This document shows, piece by piece, positions 25,441 through 38,224 of a DNA stretch of 64,000 bases. Source of the stretch: Octopus bimaculoides (lineage: Eukaryota). Below the pieces are notes generated by a model that made no database searches, was not told the origin of the DNA, and saw only the letters and a program-made list of their open reading frames with translations. The stretch covers positions 126,004,698 through 126,068,697 of the forward strand of contig NC_068982.1 in the NCBI RefSeq assembly GCF_001194135.2, read 5' to 3'. The position numbers were made by a program, and so were the translations under genes. Every line of letters starts with the position of its first letter. Position 1 is the stretch's first letter.

Positions 25441-27619
25441 CTGCTGCTATTGCCGATACCACTGTTGCTAAAACTAAGACATGTGTTATCCCAAGTTGCA
25501 AATAGCTTCCACCATTACTTCTACTAAGTTAGATGTTACCCCACCTCTACTGAAATGTATGTTAGCCCTCCACTACAATTGTTATTTCTACAGAGTCATG
25601 TAACCCCTCTAAATGCTGTTATACTATTGACATACATGTTATCCCTCCACTACTATTTCTATTACTATTGTTGCTACACAAGGCAAATTTTATCCTCACA
25701 GAAACTGATATTCAGCTGAGAGAAATACTATTCTACTACTATTATTAATGTTTCTACTGAGACATGTTACCCCACCACTGTTACTCTTGTTTCTAATACA
25801 TGTTACCCCATTATTTTAGCTTGTGTTTAGTCAAATATTTCCCCATAACTTCTTTACTTCTATTGTTTCTGCTAAGACTTATGTTACCCCTAAAACTGTT
25901 ATTTCTACAGAGACATGATAGCCCCACCAATGCTATCATCATACCATTGTTGTTTCTAGTGAGGCACATGTTACCCCTTCACTACTATTTCTATGACTAT
26001 TGTTTCTATGTGAGGCAAATGTTACCCCACACATGCCCACACAAGTTGATATTAAACTGAAAGAAACATTACTCTACCACTACTATTATTCTTTCTACAG
26101 AGACATGTTATCCCACTATTACTATTACACTTGCATCTACTGATGCATGTTCCCCAGTCATTATTTTAGCTAGTGCTTAACCAAATGTTTCCCGACAATG
26201 TTTTTACTATTATTGTTTCTGCTGAGACTTATGTTACTCCTCCTCTATAACTGTTATTTCTACAGAAGCATGTTACCCCACCACTCATGCTATTATTATT
26301 TCTCCTGGCATAAATGTTTTTCCACCTCTACTATTATGTGTTAGCCCACCATTATTTTTGTATGTAGTAAGTCAGATGTTTCCTCACAGCTACTCTGTTA
26401 CTGTTGCTTCATATAAGACATATGTTGCCTCTCCATTATAATTATTTTTACAGGGCATGTTACCCCATTACTACTCTCATTACTTTTTCTGACATAAGTA
26501 TTACCCCCACCTTTACTACTACTACTGCTACAGAAGAAAATGTTATCCCCACCACAATTTGTTATTCAACTGAGAGAAATGTTACCCTATGACTACTAGA
26601 ATTGTTTGTACAGAAATACTTTACCCTACCATTATTTTTGCTTGTGCTGAGTCAAATCATTCCCCACTACTACTCTACAATTATTGTTTCTACTGCGATG
26701 TATGTTACCCCTCCACTACAACTGTTATTTCTACTGAGGCATGTTACCCCTCTGTATCTCTGTTGTTTCTAGTGAGGCATGTGTTCCACCTCCACTACTA
26801 TTACTATTATTTTTTTCTACATGAGACAAAAGTTATCCCCACACAAATTGATATTCAGCTGAGAGAAACATTATCCCACTACCACTACCATTGCTTATGT
26901 TACCCCTCCACTACATCTGTTATTTCTAGAGAGGTATGTTACCAATGTTGTTATTTCTTGTACTGAGGCAAATGTTATTTCCACACAACTTGTTATTCAA
27001 TTGAAAACAATGTTCTGTACCATTACTATGATTATTTTACTGAGACATGTTACCCCACTACTACCACTGTTGCTTCTACAGAAGCATGTTATCCCATCAT
27101 TAGTTTTCCTTGTACTGAATTATAAATCTCTACCTTGCCACTATCACTGTTGTTTCTATTGAGACACATGTTACCCCTAAACTGTAATTGTTATTTTTAT
27201 AGAGGTATGTTACCCCTACCACTAACACTGTTGTCTCTGTTGAGATGTTACTCTACTACTACTACTACTACTACAAATGCTATACCTACTACAATTTGTT
27301 ATTCTACTGAAAGAAATGTAACCCCACCACTGCTGCAATTGTTTCCACAGAGGCATGTTACCCCATGTCAGCCATTGTAATTTTTGCTCGTACTGAGTCA
27401 AATATTTCCCCACAACAACTCTACCTCTGTTGCTTTTCCTGAGACATGTTATTTCTCCTCCACAACTGTTATTTCCTACCGAGGCATATTACCCCACTAT
27501 TGCTCTTATTACTTCTACTTACATCAATGTTACCCCCCACCATTACCACTGTTGTCTCTACTGAGACATGTATTACCCCTCCCCTACTAGTTTAGTTTCT
27601 ACTGAGATGAATGTTACTT

Positions 27620-27650
<31 letters not shown>

Positions 27651-28497
27651 GAGACATGTTACCCCACCACAATTTGTTATTGTAATGAGAGAAATATTAC
27701 TCCACCACTACTACAGTTACTTCAGATGAAACATTACCCCACCATTATTTTTGCTTCTAATGAGTCAAATGTTGACCCTTCATTACTACTATTGTTTCTA
27801 CTGGGACAGATGTTACCCTACCACTACTACACTGCTATAACAAATGTTACTCCATTTCTGCTACCCTTCTACTGAAATAAATGTTAGCCCATCACTGCTA
27901 CTGTTACTTCTACTGTTGCATATGTTACCCCATCAGCATTACTGTTAGTTTAATTGAGGCTAATTTTACCCATCACTACTACTAAAGCCTGTACTGATAT
28001 GATACATGTTATCCCATTCCAACCACATTTTCTTTTACCGTGTCAAATGATTCTCCACTATCATCTTTGTTGCTTCTTTGGAGGCAAAAGTTACCCTCTC
28101 ACTGCTACTTTTTCTACTGAGTGGTGTATCAGGTTATCCTACCTCAGCTACTTTTGATTTCTCATGAGGCAAATGTTACCCTGCCACCACTACTGCTGTT
28201 ATGTATGCAGAGATATGTGCCCCCCCCCCCCCATATGACTGTTGCTCTACTGAGACATGTTACACAGTCACTTCTGTCACTAGTTCTATTGAGACAAATG
28301 TTATCCCACCACTGCCACTGANNNNNNNNNNCATATGACTGTTGCTCTACTGAGACATGTTACACAGTCACTTCTGTCACTAGTTCTATTGAGACAAATG
28401 TTACTCCACCACTACTCCTATTCTGTTGAGATATGTTTCCCCACCACTTTTGCTCCTAGTTCTATTGAGACAAATGTTATCCCACCACTGCCACTGA
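25440..28497. repeat. ~3-kb degenerate minisatellite, ~30-45-bp units with core CTACTGAG(A/G)CATGTTACCCC(ACC/ACT)n; resumes at 29105-29300 and 29555-29600
   Basis: Dozens of ATGTTA(C/T)CCC cores. Longer blocks recur, e.g. 25800-25920 resembles 26135-26270. Confidence 0.85.
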
Positions 28498-28670
28498 TTA
28501 AGTAGATCTACATCCAAAGGCGTTCCATCTGTAACTATCCCATTCTTTTTCATATGTGCAGGGATCCCAAAACCATATTACACCATGTGCCCTATTACAA
28601 GGCAGTACAGAATAATCCAAGGGTGATTTGAATGGTATTTCTAGCAAGTCAGACGGCCACTTAAAGGTTT

Positions 28671-30048
28671 CTTTGTTTTCTCAATATTACTAAAGTACTT
28701 TCTGGAAATAACTATACCATGGAACTGAAATAATAGTATTGGAATAATAGTATTAGAAATAAATGCAGCAGCACTATGGTAGACATTAAACAGAAATTCT
28801 ATATTGGTTCTGTGCTACAGTTCCATATGGTAGTGACTTTAATAGTAATGTTTACGTCAAGTAATAACAATGGTATTGTAGACATGCAAATGAAGGCCCC
28901 TCTACAGGGACAGTCAAACCGTTTGAAATAGCAGCCACATCTCTTTTTGAATCAGACCCTGCTATCTAAAATTGAGGAAGGACACATTTGATAATATAGT
29001 TTGAGATAAATTGTTTGAATAAAATACAGGATGGTCATGACTGGAATGCTTTTCGTCATAAATCTTCTGATCTCTGGTTAAACAACAATAACAGTCAAAG
29101 TACTGAGACATTTTACCCCAACACTACTACTGCTACTTCTACTGAGGCATGTTATCCCACTACTGCTATTGCGGCATGTTATCCCACTACTGCTATTGCT
29201 TCTACTCAGACATATTATCCCACCACTACTATTGCTTGTAGTGAGACATGTTACCCCACCACTACAACTGTTGCTTCTGCTGTGATGTTATCCCACCAAT
29301 ATTGATGTTAATTGTTATTTCTTTATTGCCCACAAGGGGCTAGACATAGAGGGGACAAACAAAGGTATTAAGTCAATTACATCGACCCCAGTGCATAACT
29401 GGTATTTAATTTATCGACCCCGAAAGGATGAAAGGCAAAGTCGACCTCGGCGGAATTTGAACTCAGAACATAACAGCAGACAAAATACCACTAAGCATTT
29501 TGCCCAGCGTGCTAATGATTCTGCCAGCTCGCTGCCTTCATATTGATGTTAATTCTATTGAGGCGGATATCCCCCCCCACTATCACCACCACTACTTTTA
29601 CCCTTTGCAATACTTTGACTGTTGTTGTTTAATCCCAGATGAGCCCTGATTTAGAAGATTTATGTTCAAAAGCATTCCAGTCATGACCAACCTGTATTTT
29701 ATTCAAACAACTTATCTCAAACTATATTATCTAACGTGTCCTTTCTCATTTTAAGAAAGCAAGATGTGATTTAAAAGAGACATGACTGTTATTTCAAACA
29801 GTTTGAGTGTCCTTGTAGAGGGTTCTTCATTTGCTTGTCTACAATAGTTTTGTTATTGCTTGACATAAGCATCACTGTTAAAATCACTACCATATGGAAC
29901 TGTAGCACAGTACCAATATAGTATTTCTGTTTAATGTCTACCTTGATGCTGCTGCATTTCTTTTTCTTAGTATTATTCCAATACCGTTCTTCAGTTCTGT
30001 GTTGTATTTATTTCCAGAATATACTTTAGCAATATTGAGCAAACAAAG
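28671..30048. repeat. Long inverted repeat: arms 28671-29104 and 29609-30048, ~500-bp spacer
   Basis: The arms align as reverse complements along their length (roughly 80% by eye), covering both unique sequence and a family-F element. Confidence 0.9.
29314..29539 (-). mobile_element. Full-length family-B SINE with a 15-bp TSD
   Basis: ATATTGATGTTAATT at 29299-29313 and 29540-29554. Confidence 0.92.
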
Positions 30049-30759
30049 CAACTACTGTGGGGTCAGTCGACTTACAAATAGTGACTCTATGTATTATGTA
30101 TGTATGTCGCCTCATTTAACACTATACCTGGTATCTTACATACCCTTAGCAGAGTCCACTCTATTGCAAGTATTGGGGCCAGTTCTCCATTTTTAGGGCA
30201 CATTCCTTCTATCAGTCTCGGAGGCCCTGTAAAGGGTCATGATAACTGCTCACCCTCCTGATTAAGGTTATACATTCAAACCTCCATCAAATCATCCCTT
30301 ATTGTCTTGCAAAAGGATCCAGGGTATAATGTGGTCTTGGCGGTCTTTGCACATAGGAAAAACAATAGGATGGCCACTGCTGGAATGCTTTTGGTTATAG
30401 GTTTGTTAGATTAAGGCTGACCAGGAGCTAAACAACAATGACAACATTTGCTGCAGGTATAATATGATGATATTAAATACTGATATAACAGAGATGATGT
30501 AATTGCTCAGGTATGTCAGGCGCACCCCAGTTTCAGAACTACATATTCAGGAAAGAAATTTTTACTGTATTAAAACTTATGGTAGGCCCCACTTTGCAAA
30601 TAAGACCTGAGTTGATCTGTATGAAACATTTTGCAGGGTAAGAAGTGTGTCTTAGATACCATCAAATACTGTATCCACATTTTGCACCTTAGCCCATTGA
30701 TGCCTATTGTTATTGTTAATGTTATTTTGGTTTGGTTCAGGTTTGGTCTTATTCCTGGT

Positions 30760-31000
30760 AGGACTTATGTGGGCAACTGGTTACTGTCTGTAACCTCATG
30801 TATTCACAACTTTTCAGCAGTCATTCTAGTGCTTAGAACCCTCCTAATAATCGTTGCTGTCCCTAAGAGATAAACTTTCTACCGAGCATTCTATTCCAAT
30901 CTCCTTCAGTCACTTGTCTATATCTTTGCTTACTGTTCCCAACAAACCAATCATTATAAGCATGACCTTTACTATTCTCATGTACCAAATTCTTCCTATT
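30760..31000 (-). mobile_element. RLE-type (R2/R4 superclade) non-LTR retrotransposon C-terminal relic
   Basis: Translation IWYMRIVKVMLIMIGLLGTVSKDIDK*LKEIGI resembles the LWxMxxVxVVPIVIGALGxVxK motif. Confidence 0.45.
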
Positions 31001-31049
31001 TCAAATTTTAAGGGATTGTGAAATAAGTAATAGGATTCTTATTACTCAA

Positions 31050-31255
31050 CAAGCTGGCAGAATCATTATCATGCCGGGCAAAATGTGTAGCGACATTTCG
31101 TCCGTCTGCACGTTCTGAGTTCAAATTCTGCCAAGATTGACTTTGCTTTTCATCTTTTCGGGGTCAATGAATTAAGTACCAGTGAAACACTGGGGTCTAT
31201 GTAATCGACTGGTCCCCTGCCCAGGAATTTCAGGCCTTGTGCCTTTAGTTGAAAG
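31050..31255 (+). mobile_element. Family-B SINE
   Basis: Head and TTTCATCTTTTCGGGGTCAATG core match the other B copies. Confidence 0.8.
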
Positions 31256-31279
31256 GATTATTATCAATATTGTTTTTAT

Positions 31280-31860
31280 CATAATGATTTATACACCTCT
31301 ATACTATTACTACAGCAGGTTTTACTATGACTGAATATATCGCCATAATAGTCACTGCAGCTACCAAGACACTCCTACACATTTACCAATACAATCATTA
31401 ATAATATTACTATGATTGTCTATGTATTACCACTACAGTTGCGGTGTCTGTACAAACAACGCTCTAGACATAATTATGATTGTGACCAAAACACCACCAC
31501 TGTAGTTATTTCTGTGACTGCGATCACATCACTTCTATAGTCACTACCTCTACCACATTACTATCATCATGAGACATGGCTATCACTACTATAGACATTA
31601 CTATGATTATCATTACTGTAGTTTTACTTTTACCATAATATTATAACCACTGTAAACATTACTGTAATTGTGACCACATCACCACTATAATCACTGTATT
31701 TCTATTATAATGCTGTTATCATTATAGACGATACTATGACTGACCATGTCATCCTTACAGATGACTACATTTATCACAATACTATCACTACTGTAGACAT
31801 TGCTATGATTCAGACCATAGTTGGAATCATAGTAATGACTATGTGACTATAGTTGTAGTT
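31280..31860. repeat. Degenerate minisatellite (ACTATGATT/ATCACTACTGTAGACATT cores)
   Basis: Recurrent CTATGA and CACTACT motifs about every 30-45 bp. Confidence 0.55.
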
Positions 31861-32495
31861 GTGTAATTAGGAAGTTTGCTTTCTTATTGTATGGTTCCAA
31901 GTTCAATCTCACTGCATGTTACATTGGGCAAATGTTTTCTCTCCGTAACCTTAGTTCAATATAATCCCTATAAGTGAATTGGGCTGACGAAAACTGTGTG
32001 AAAGCTTGCCAGGTGTTCTTTGGTGGAGGACTCGATCTATTGTCTGGATTAATAATCTGTTGCCTTGGTGGGTGTCTTTATCAGATTCCTTTCTATTTCA
32101 AGTGTTTGGACCAGCGTTCAGGTATTTAGAGCAAGCATTTGTCTGAAGATAATCTATAAGTTGTGTCTTCCCTTCGCCCCTACCAGCTTTGGAAAGCCCC
32201 CACAAAGGTTATGAACACTGCCCTTCTTTCAGTGATTAAGTCATAATGATTTTAATAAATTTAATTACAGTTGTTATCTCTTCCTCCATATTTCCATATT
32301 AGCACCATAGACCACATTACTATGGCTAAGAATATTTCACCACTGCAGATCCTGTTCTATTACTACTACATTTTCTGTATTTTCAATAAACATTTAGTGT
32401 TCCTCTAATTATAAACTTTAATTATATAACCACTAAATATCTTCCTCTCCTCTCTTGACCACGTAAGTTTCTCCTTCATCTTTAGCCTATTATAT

Positions 32496-32551
<56 letters not shown>

Positions 32552-32565
32552 TCTCNNNNNNNNNN

Positions 32566-32625
<60 letters not shown>

Positions 32626-33029
32626 TGATTGCTTTTCCTTATCTTTTAACTATCTTCTACTTCAACATCCTTAACAACACTACTGCTTCACTTCAGATGA
32701 GTCAGTCTCTGTGCAGTAGCTTGACCTGAGAAAAATAGCAGTAAAATTTCCCTCAGATAACATCAAATATCTTAAAACAAAGAAGGACATATTTGATAAC
32801 ATAATCTAAGACATCCCTAAAAAGACCACATGGGGACTGTCTGTGACTATTGATCTTCTCAGTCAGGGCTGACCAGGGGCTAAAGAACAGTAATCCGTGT
32901 TTTCTCTTTCACAAACATACACATTCTGTCTCCTCTAACTTTTACTTAATTACATCTCTGGCAGAAATACCATTTCTTCTGCCCTACCTTGTCTCTCTTA
33001 AGTCTCCTGCTGTGAGGAACCCTCTACAT

Positions 33030-33692
33030 CAGTGGTTCTCACCCAGGGTCCATATGGTCCTTGTGGGGTCCATGCAAGATTTTGTTGCTAAAATTTATCT
33101 GCAATAAATTGGTTATACTTCTACAATACACAAAATATTTTAACAATTTTTTATATATAATTCCTAATATTATTTAAGGAATTACATAAAAATAAAAAAG
33201 AAAAACTCCTAATATTATTTAGTGAAGGTTCATAGCTTAGTGGTTAGAGCATCGGGCTCACAATCACGAGGTAGTGAGTTCGATTCTCAGACCAGGCTGT
33301 GTGTTGTGTTCTTGAGCAAGACACTTAATTTCACATTGCTCCATTTCACTCAGCTGTAGAAATGAGTTGCAATATCACTGGGGCCAAGCTGTATCAGCCT
33401 TTGCATTTCTCTTGGATAACATTGGTGGAGTGGAGATGGAAGGCTGGTATGCATGGGCAACTGCTGGCCTTCCACAAAAAAACAACTTTGCTCCCAGACT
33501 TGTTCCTTGGAGGGGAACTTGTAGGTGAAATCCCATGGTCATTCATAACCAAAGGGGGTCTTTACCCTAATGTCATTTCATTCTAAAAATATAATAGGAT
33601 TTTTTTAAACATTGAATGGCTCTGAAGACCAATCAGAATAAAATAGAAATCAAAGGGCTCCATAGGTAAAAAAAAAAATAGCTGAGAACCAC
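33030..33692. mobile_element. hAT(Charlie)-type MITE relic containing a family-E SINE (33226-33570)
   Basis: Termini CAGTGGTTCTCA...TGAGAACCACT. The E head has TAGTGGTTAGAGC and GAGTTCGATTCTC; a second E copy is at 50305-50625. Confidence 0.65.
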
Positions 33693-33753
33693 TAATCGGC
33701 ATGTTTTTCAACTTTCTAAGAATCCAAATCTTTACAATATTTTTTTAAAAAAT

Positions 33754-34163
33754 GGACAAGGCATGGCTCTGTGGTAAGAAGCTTGCTTCTAACCACATTG
33801 TTCCAAGTTCAGTCCCACTGTGTGGCACCTTGGGCTTGTGTCTTCTACTATAGCCTTGGACCGACCAAAGCCTTGTGACTGGATTTGGTAGACGGAAAGT
33901 GAAAGAAGCCCGTCATATATATATATATATATGTATATGTTTGTATGTCTGTGTTTGTTCCTCCACTACCACCACCACCACCACCATTGCTTGACAACCA
34001 ATGTTGCTGTGTTTATGTCCTATAACTTAGTGGTTTGGCAAAAGAGACCAATGACATAAGTACTAGGCTTACAATGAATAAGTCGTGAGGTCGATTTGTT
34101 TGACTAAAAGGCAGTGCTCCAGCGTGGCCATAGTCAAATGACTGAAACATGTAAAAGAGTAAA
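33754..34163 (+). mobile_element. SINE family A, full length
   Basis: Aligns to 229-628. Confidence 0.85.
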
Positions 34164-34194
34164 TCAAATTCTATAATCTGGATCTGGGTTTACT

Positions 34195-34580
34195 GTCATC
34201 ATCATCATCATCATCATCATTTAACATCCGTTTTCCATGCTAGCATGGATTGGACGATTTGACTGGGGACTGGTGAACCAGATGGCTGCACCAGGCTCCA
34301 ATCTGATCTGGCAGAGTTTCTACAGCTGGATGCCCTTCCTAAAGCCAACCTCTCCGAGAGTGTAGTGGGTGCTTTTACATGCCATCAGCACGAGGGCCAG
34401 TCTGGTGGTATTGGCAACGGCCACGCTCAGATGGTGTTTTTTACGTGCCACCTGCACAGGAGCCAGTCCAGCGGCACTGGCAACAACCTCGCTCGAATGT
34501 TTTGTTCAAGTGCCAGTAAGGCGACGCTGGTAACGATCACGCTCAAATGGTGCTTTTTATGTGATATGGAAAAAAAAAGA
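34195..34580 (-). mobile_element. Family-C retroposon
   Basis: (CAT)n at the left end, followed by the reverse-complement C body with internal repeats. Confidence 0.8.
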
Positions 34581-35063
34581 GGTGAGTTGGTCACTGTGGG
34601 AAAGCCTTTAGTCATAGGTCTGCTCAGTCAGTGGTGACCAGTGGTCAAACAATAACAACGAGGCTGGGACATTTCCCTAAAAATACTAACATCATCAGAT
34701 ATCTTAATGTAACATCCTCATTCCCTACAACTGCTACTAAGTAAAATAAAAAATAAAAAAAGAATGGCCTGGTCAACAGAACAACTAGCTCATGAAATTA
34801 ACATGCATGTGGCTGAGTACTCCACAGACACACATACTTTTAACATAGTTCTGAGGGAGATTCAGCACGATACAGAATGTGACAAGGTTGGTCCTTTTGA
34901 ATTACAAGTACAGCTTATTTTTACCAGCTGCATGAACTGGAGCAATGTGAAATGAAGTGTCTTGCTCAAGAATACAATGTACCTCCAGGAATTGAACTCA
35001 CAACCTTACAATCATGAGCCAAATAAAACCTAACTACCAAGCCATGCACCTTCACATGTAATA

Positions 35064-36346
35064 TCGGGTCATTAAGAATGAAATGTCTGATTTTGAAGTG
35101 AAAGTTTATTTTATCTCAACAAAAAGCAATGCAGTTAATCAAAGCATGCACCTAAATTAACAATACAATTTTACCATTTTATCGGTAGCTTATTTATGCC
35201 AGCAGCAAAAAATTCTGGAGAGCAAGAGGTGATGAAATCATGAAAGGCTGTTTTTACATCTTCAGATTTGAAGTTTTTTCCTTGCAAAAAGTTGCCTAAT
35301 GCCTGGAAAACGTGATTGTCAGTTGATGCAAGGTTTGGTGAATATGGTGGATGACAGAGTACTTCCAATTTCAATTCCTGTAACTTGAGTAGCATTCTTT
35401 GTGCAACATGTTGTCGAGCCTTGTCTTGCAAGAGAATTGGCTTGTCTCTATTGCCCAATCTCGGTTGTTTAATTGCAAGTTCACTCAACATTTCATCCAA
35501 TTGGTTGATGTATACATCCACTGTAATTGACTTACCAGGTCTCATGAAGCTGTAGTGGATGACACCAGCACTGGACTACCAAACAGATACCATTAGCTTT
35601 TTTTGGTGAATATTCTTTTTTGGATTGTGTTTTGGCATTTTGTCTCTATCCAGCCACCATGCAGAATGCTTGCTATTGTTGAAAAGAATCTAATTTTCAT
35701 CATATGTAACAATACAGTGCAAAGATGGTCCACTTTTATGCCGTGACAGCAAAGAACAGCAAGTTTCAAGATGAAGTATCATTTGATGCTTGTTCAGTTC
35801 ATGTGGTACCCACTTGTCCAGCTTCTTTACCTTGCCGATTTGTTTCAGATGATCTATTACAATGGTAATCAAAACACCAAACCTTGCTGCTAACCCACAC
35901 ATAGTTTGAGATGTATCTGCTTCCACTACAGTTTCCAGCTCATCATTATCCATCTTGGTCTCAGGTCTACCACAGTGCTGATTTTCAAGAAAAAAAGTCA
36001 CCAGACCAGACCAGAACTTCTCAAACCATCAACATACAGTGCACCCATTCGCTACATCTTCACCAAACACTTCATTGATGTTTCGAGCTGTCTAGGATGC
36101 ATTGGTTCCATAATGGAGCTCATATCCATACACAACACAAACTTTTGATATATTCATGGGTTCACAAAAATTGATCTACAAGAGAAAACTCACAATATAA
36201 TCAGACACCATGAATTGCATTTTGAAAAGTGATGAGGTAACTCTTCAATGTTGTAAAACAAAGAACTGTCAGGATAAAACATTAGAGTTAACGATTGTTA
36301 AACTTGGTGCATAAGAAAATCGGACATTTCATTCTTAATGACCTGA
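35064..36346 (-). mobile_element. Full-length (1283 bp) cecropia-subfamily (Hsmar1-like) mariner; transposase pseudogene at ~35135-36157
   Basis: 31-bp TIRs TCGGGTCATTAAGAATGAAATGTCTGATTTT (2 mismatches) with TA on both sides. Translations include TARNINEVFGED, HLKQIGKVKKLDKWVPHEL, IVTYDE, PILLQDKARQHV, HPPYSPNLASTD and GINKLPIKW, with several stops and frameshifts. Confidence 0.95.
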
Positions 36347-36654
36347 TACGCCCATTTTTGATGGCATATGAGACCCCCACCTTTTTTTTTTTTTTTTTTT
36401 CAAGAAAAAAATGTCTCAAAGAATTTCCCCTGATCCTACATGTGAAGGTGGGCCTATTTTACATGCTTTAATGTACTAAAAACTTGTTTCCTGAACATGT
36501 GTCCCTGAAATCAAGGTGCATCAAATATGCTCTTTGTATCTCTTATGCCATCAAATACAGACAGTAATATACCCTTCACTACTCAACTTTGAATGGTTAC
36601 TCCATGCACCTCCCTACCAGTTCTTCCTTCACAGAACTTCGGTTCTCTGTAATT

Positions 36655-37085
36655 CTCTGCATTGCTCATGTTTTACTCTTTCACTTGTCTCAGTCATTTG
36701 ACTGTGGCCATGCTGGAGCACTGCCTTTTAATCAAAGAAATCAACCCCCAGGACTTATTCTTTGTAAGCCTGGTACTTATTCTATCAGGCTCTTCTGCTG
36801 AACCACTAAGTTACAGGGATGTAAACACACCAACATCGGTTGTCAAGTGATTGTAGGGAGGGGAAGGGACAAACACAGACACAAAAACACTCACATAGAA
36901 ATATACATGTATATATATTTATATATGATGGGCTTCTTTTCAGTTTCCATCTAACAAATCCACTCACAAATCTTTGGTCAGCCCGAAGTTATAGAAGACA
37001 CTTGCCCAAGGTACCATGCAGTGGGACTGAACCCAGAACCATGTGGTTGAGAAGCAAGCTTCTTACCATACAGCCATGACTGCAC
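36655..37085 (-). mobile_element. SINE family A, full length
   Basis: Reverse complement of the A consensus. Confidence 0.85.
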
Positions 37086-37247
37086 TTATGTTTTTGTTTT
37101 TTTTTTCTGCAGGTGTTTTAAGAAGAATGTGAATAGCATTAATGATTTTGGTCTAGGAGAGCCTCCAAAGGCCATGAACATTTCCCCTTTCTCTAGACCT
37201 GGCAAATGATAAAAAAACTCGCATCTTCTCTCTCTCTCTCTCTCTCT

Positions 37248-37298
<51 letters not shown>

Positions 37299-37534
37299 GT
37301 TTTTTGTTTTTGACCATTTTAACAATAGATTAAATGCTGTCGTAGTCATTCATTTGTATCATCTAAGCTCCACTTTAGTCCTTGTATTGCTGATACCTAC
37401 CCCCTGTGTCCAGCTTGTTGTCTTGAGCTCCCTCCCAACTCAGTCATTTTTAGTCCTTGACCAATACATACATGCACACTGCTAAGTCTAGGATGATGTT
37501 ATGTAAAGGTTCTCTCACTTTTATTTAATTTTAG

Positions 37535-37572
37535 TGATGACAAGATAGTGTTGAATCTCGCAAGATATGAAT
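37535..37572 (+). CDS. Candidate internal exon (DDKIVLNLARYE)
   Basis: Strong acceptor ctctcacttttatttaattttag| and consensus donor |gtaagt; 38 bp, open in phase 2 to 1. I recognise no homologue. Confidence 0.3.
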
Positions 37573-38224
37573 GTAAGTCATCAAACACCAAACTAAATAT
37601 CACTAACCTCCTGAGCCAGTTCACGCTCTCATTAGAAGCCATTGTTGTTATGAGCCAATGATAGAGATTCCATGTGGTTGTTTCACTTGCTAGAAATAGC
37701 AGCCAAATCAATCTCTCTTTTTCTCTCCCCTTCTCTCTCTCTCTCTCTCTGTTCCCCAGTCAATGAATTAAAACCACAGTTTTATGATGCTAACCACTTA
37801 ATATCATCTCTAGACATAGAAGTGTGCATGTATGTGTTGGTCAAGGAATAAAAATGATGGGGAAAGCTCAAGACAGCAGGCTGGACATAGCAGTAAGCAT
37901 CAATAGTACAAAGAATAAAGTGAGGTTCATATTTGGATACAATACGAATGAATGACTGAGATGGAAACTGGCCTTATGAGCTTACATGACTTCGGATGGA
38001 GCTTTCAAACTAATTACTATGGCTTAGAACCTCATTTTTCTGATTTCCAATGTCCCACCCCACCCCCATCAGTTGCCATTAAAATGAAAACCAGTAATAC
38101 ATCAGGACTCACTGAATCAACATGTCCTTTTCTCTTAAAAATCGGATTGCATCTACGAAAGATATCATTATATTTGAAAGTCTTTTCTTTATATTGTTAT
38201 CTCTCTGTCTAATTAAGATATTCT

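Noticed and set aside
28252-28497. Exact ~70-90-bp duplications on both sides of a 10-N gap
   Set aside because: Most likely unmerged contig overlap or collapsed minisatellite units, not biology.
31980-32230. Possible CR1 3'-end relics (also 30150-30300)
   Set aside because: Only faint motif resemblance; not enough to list as features.
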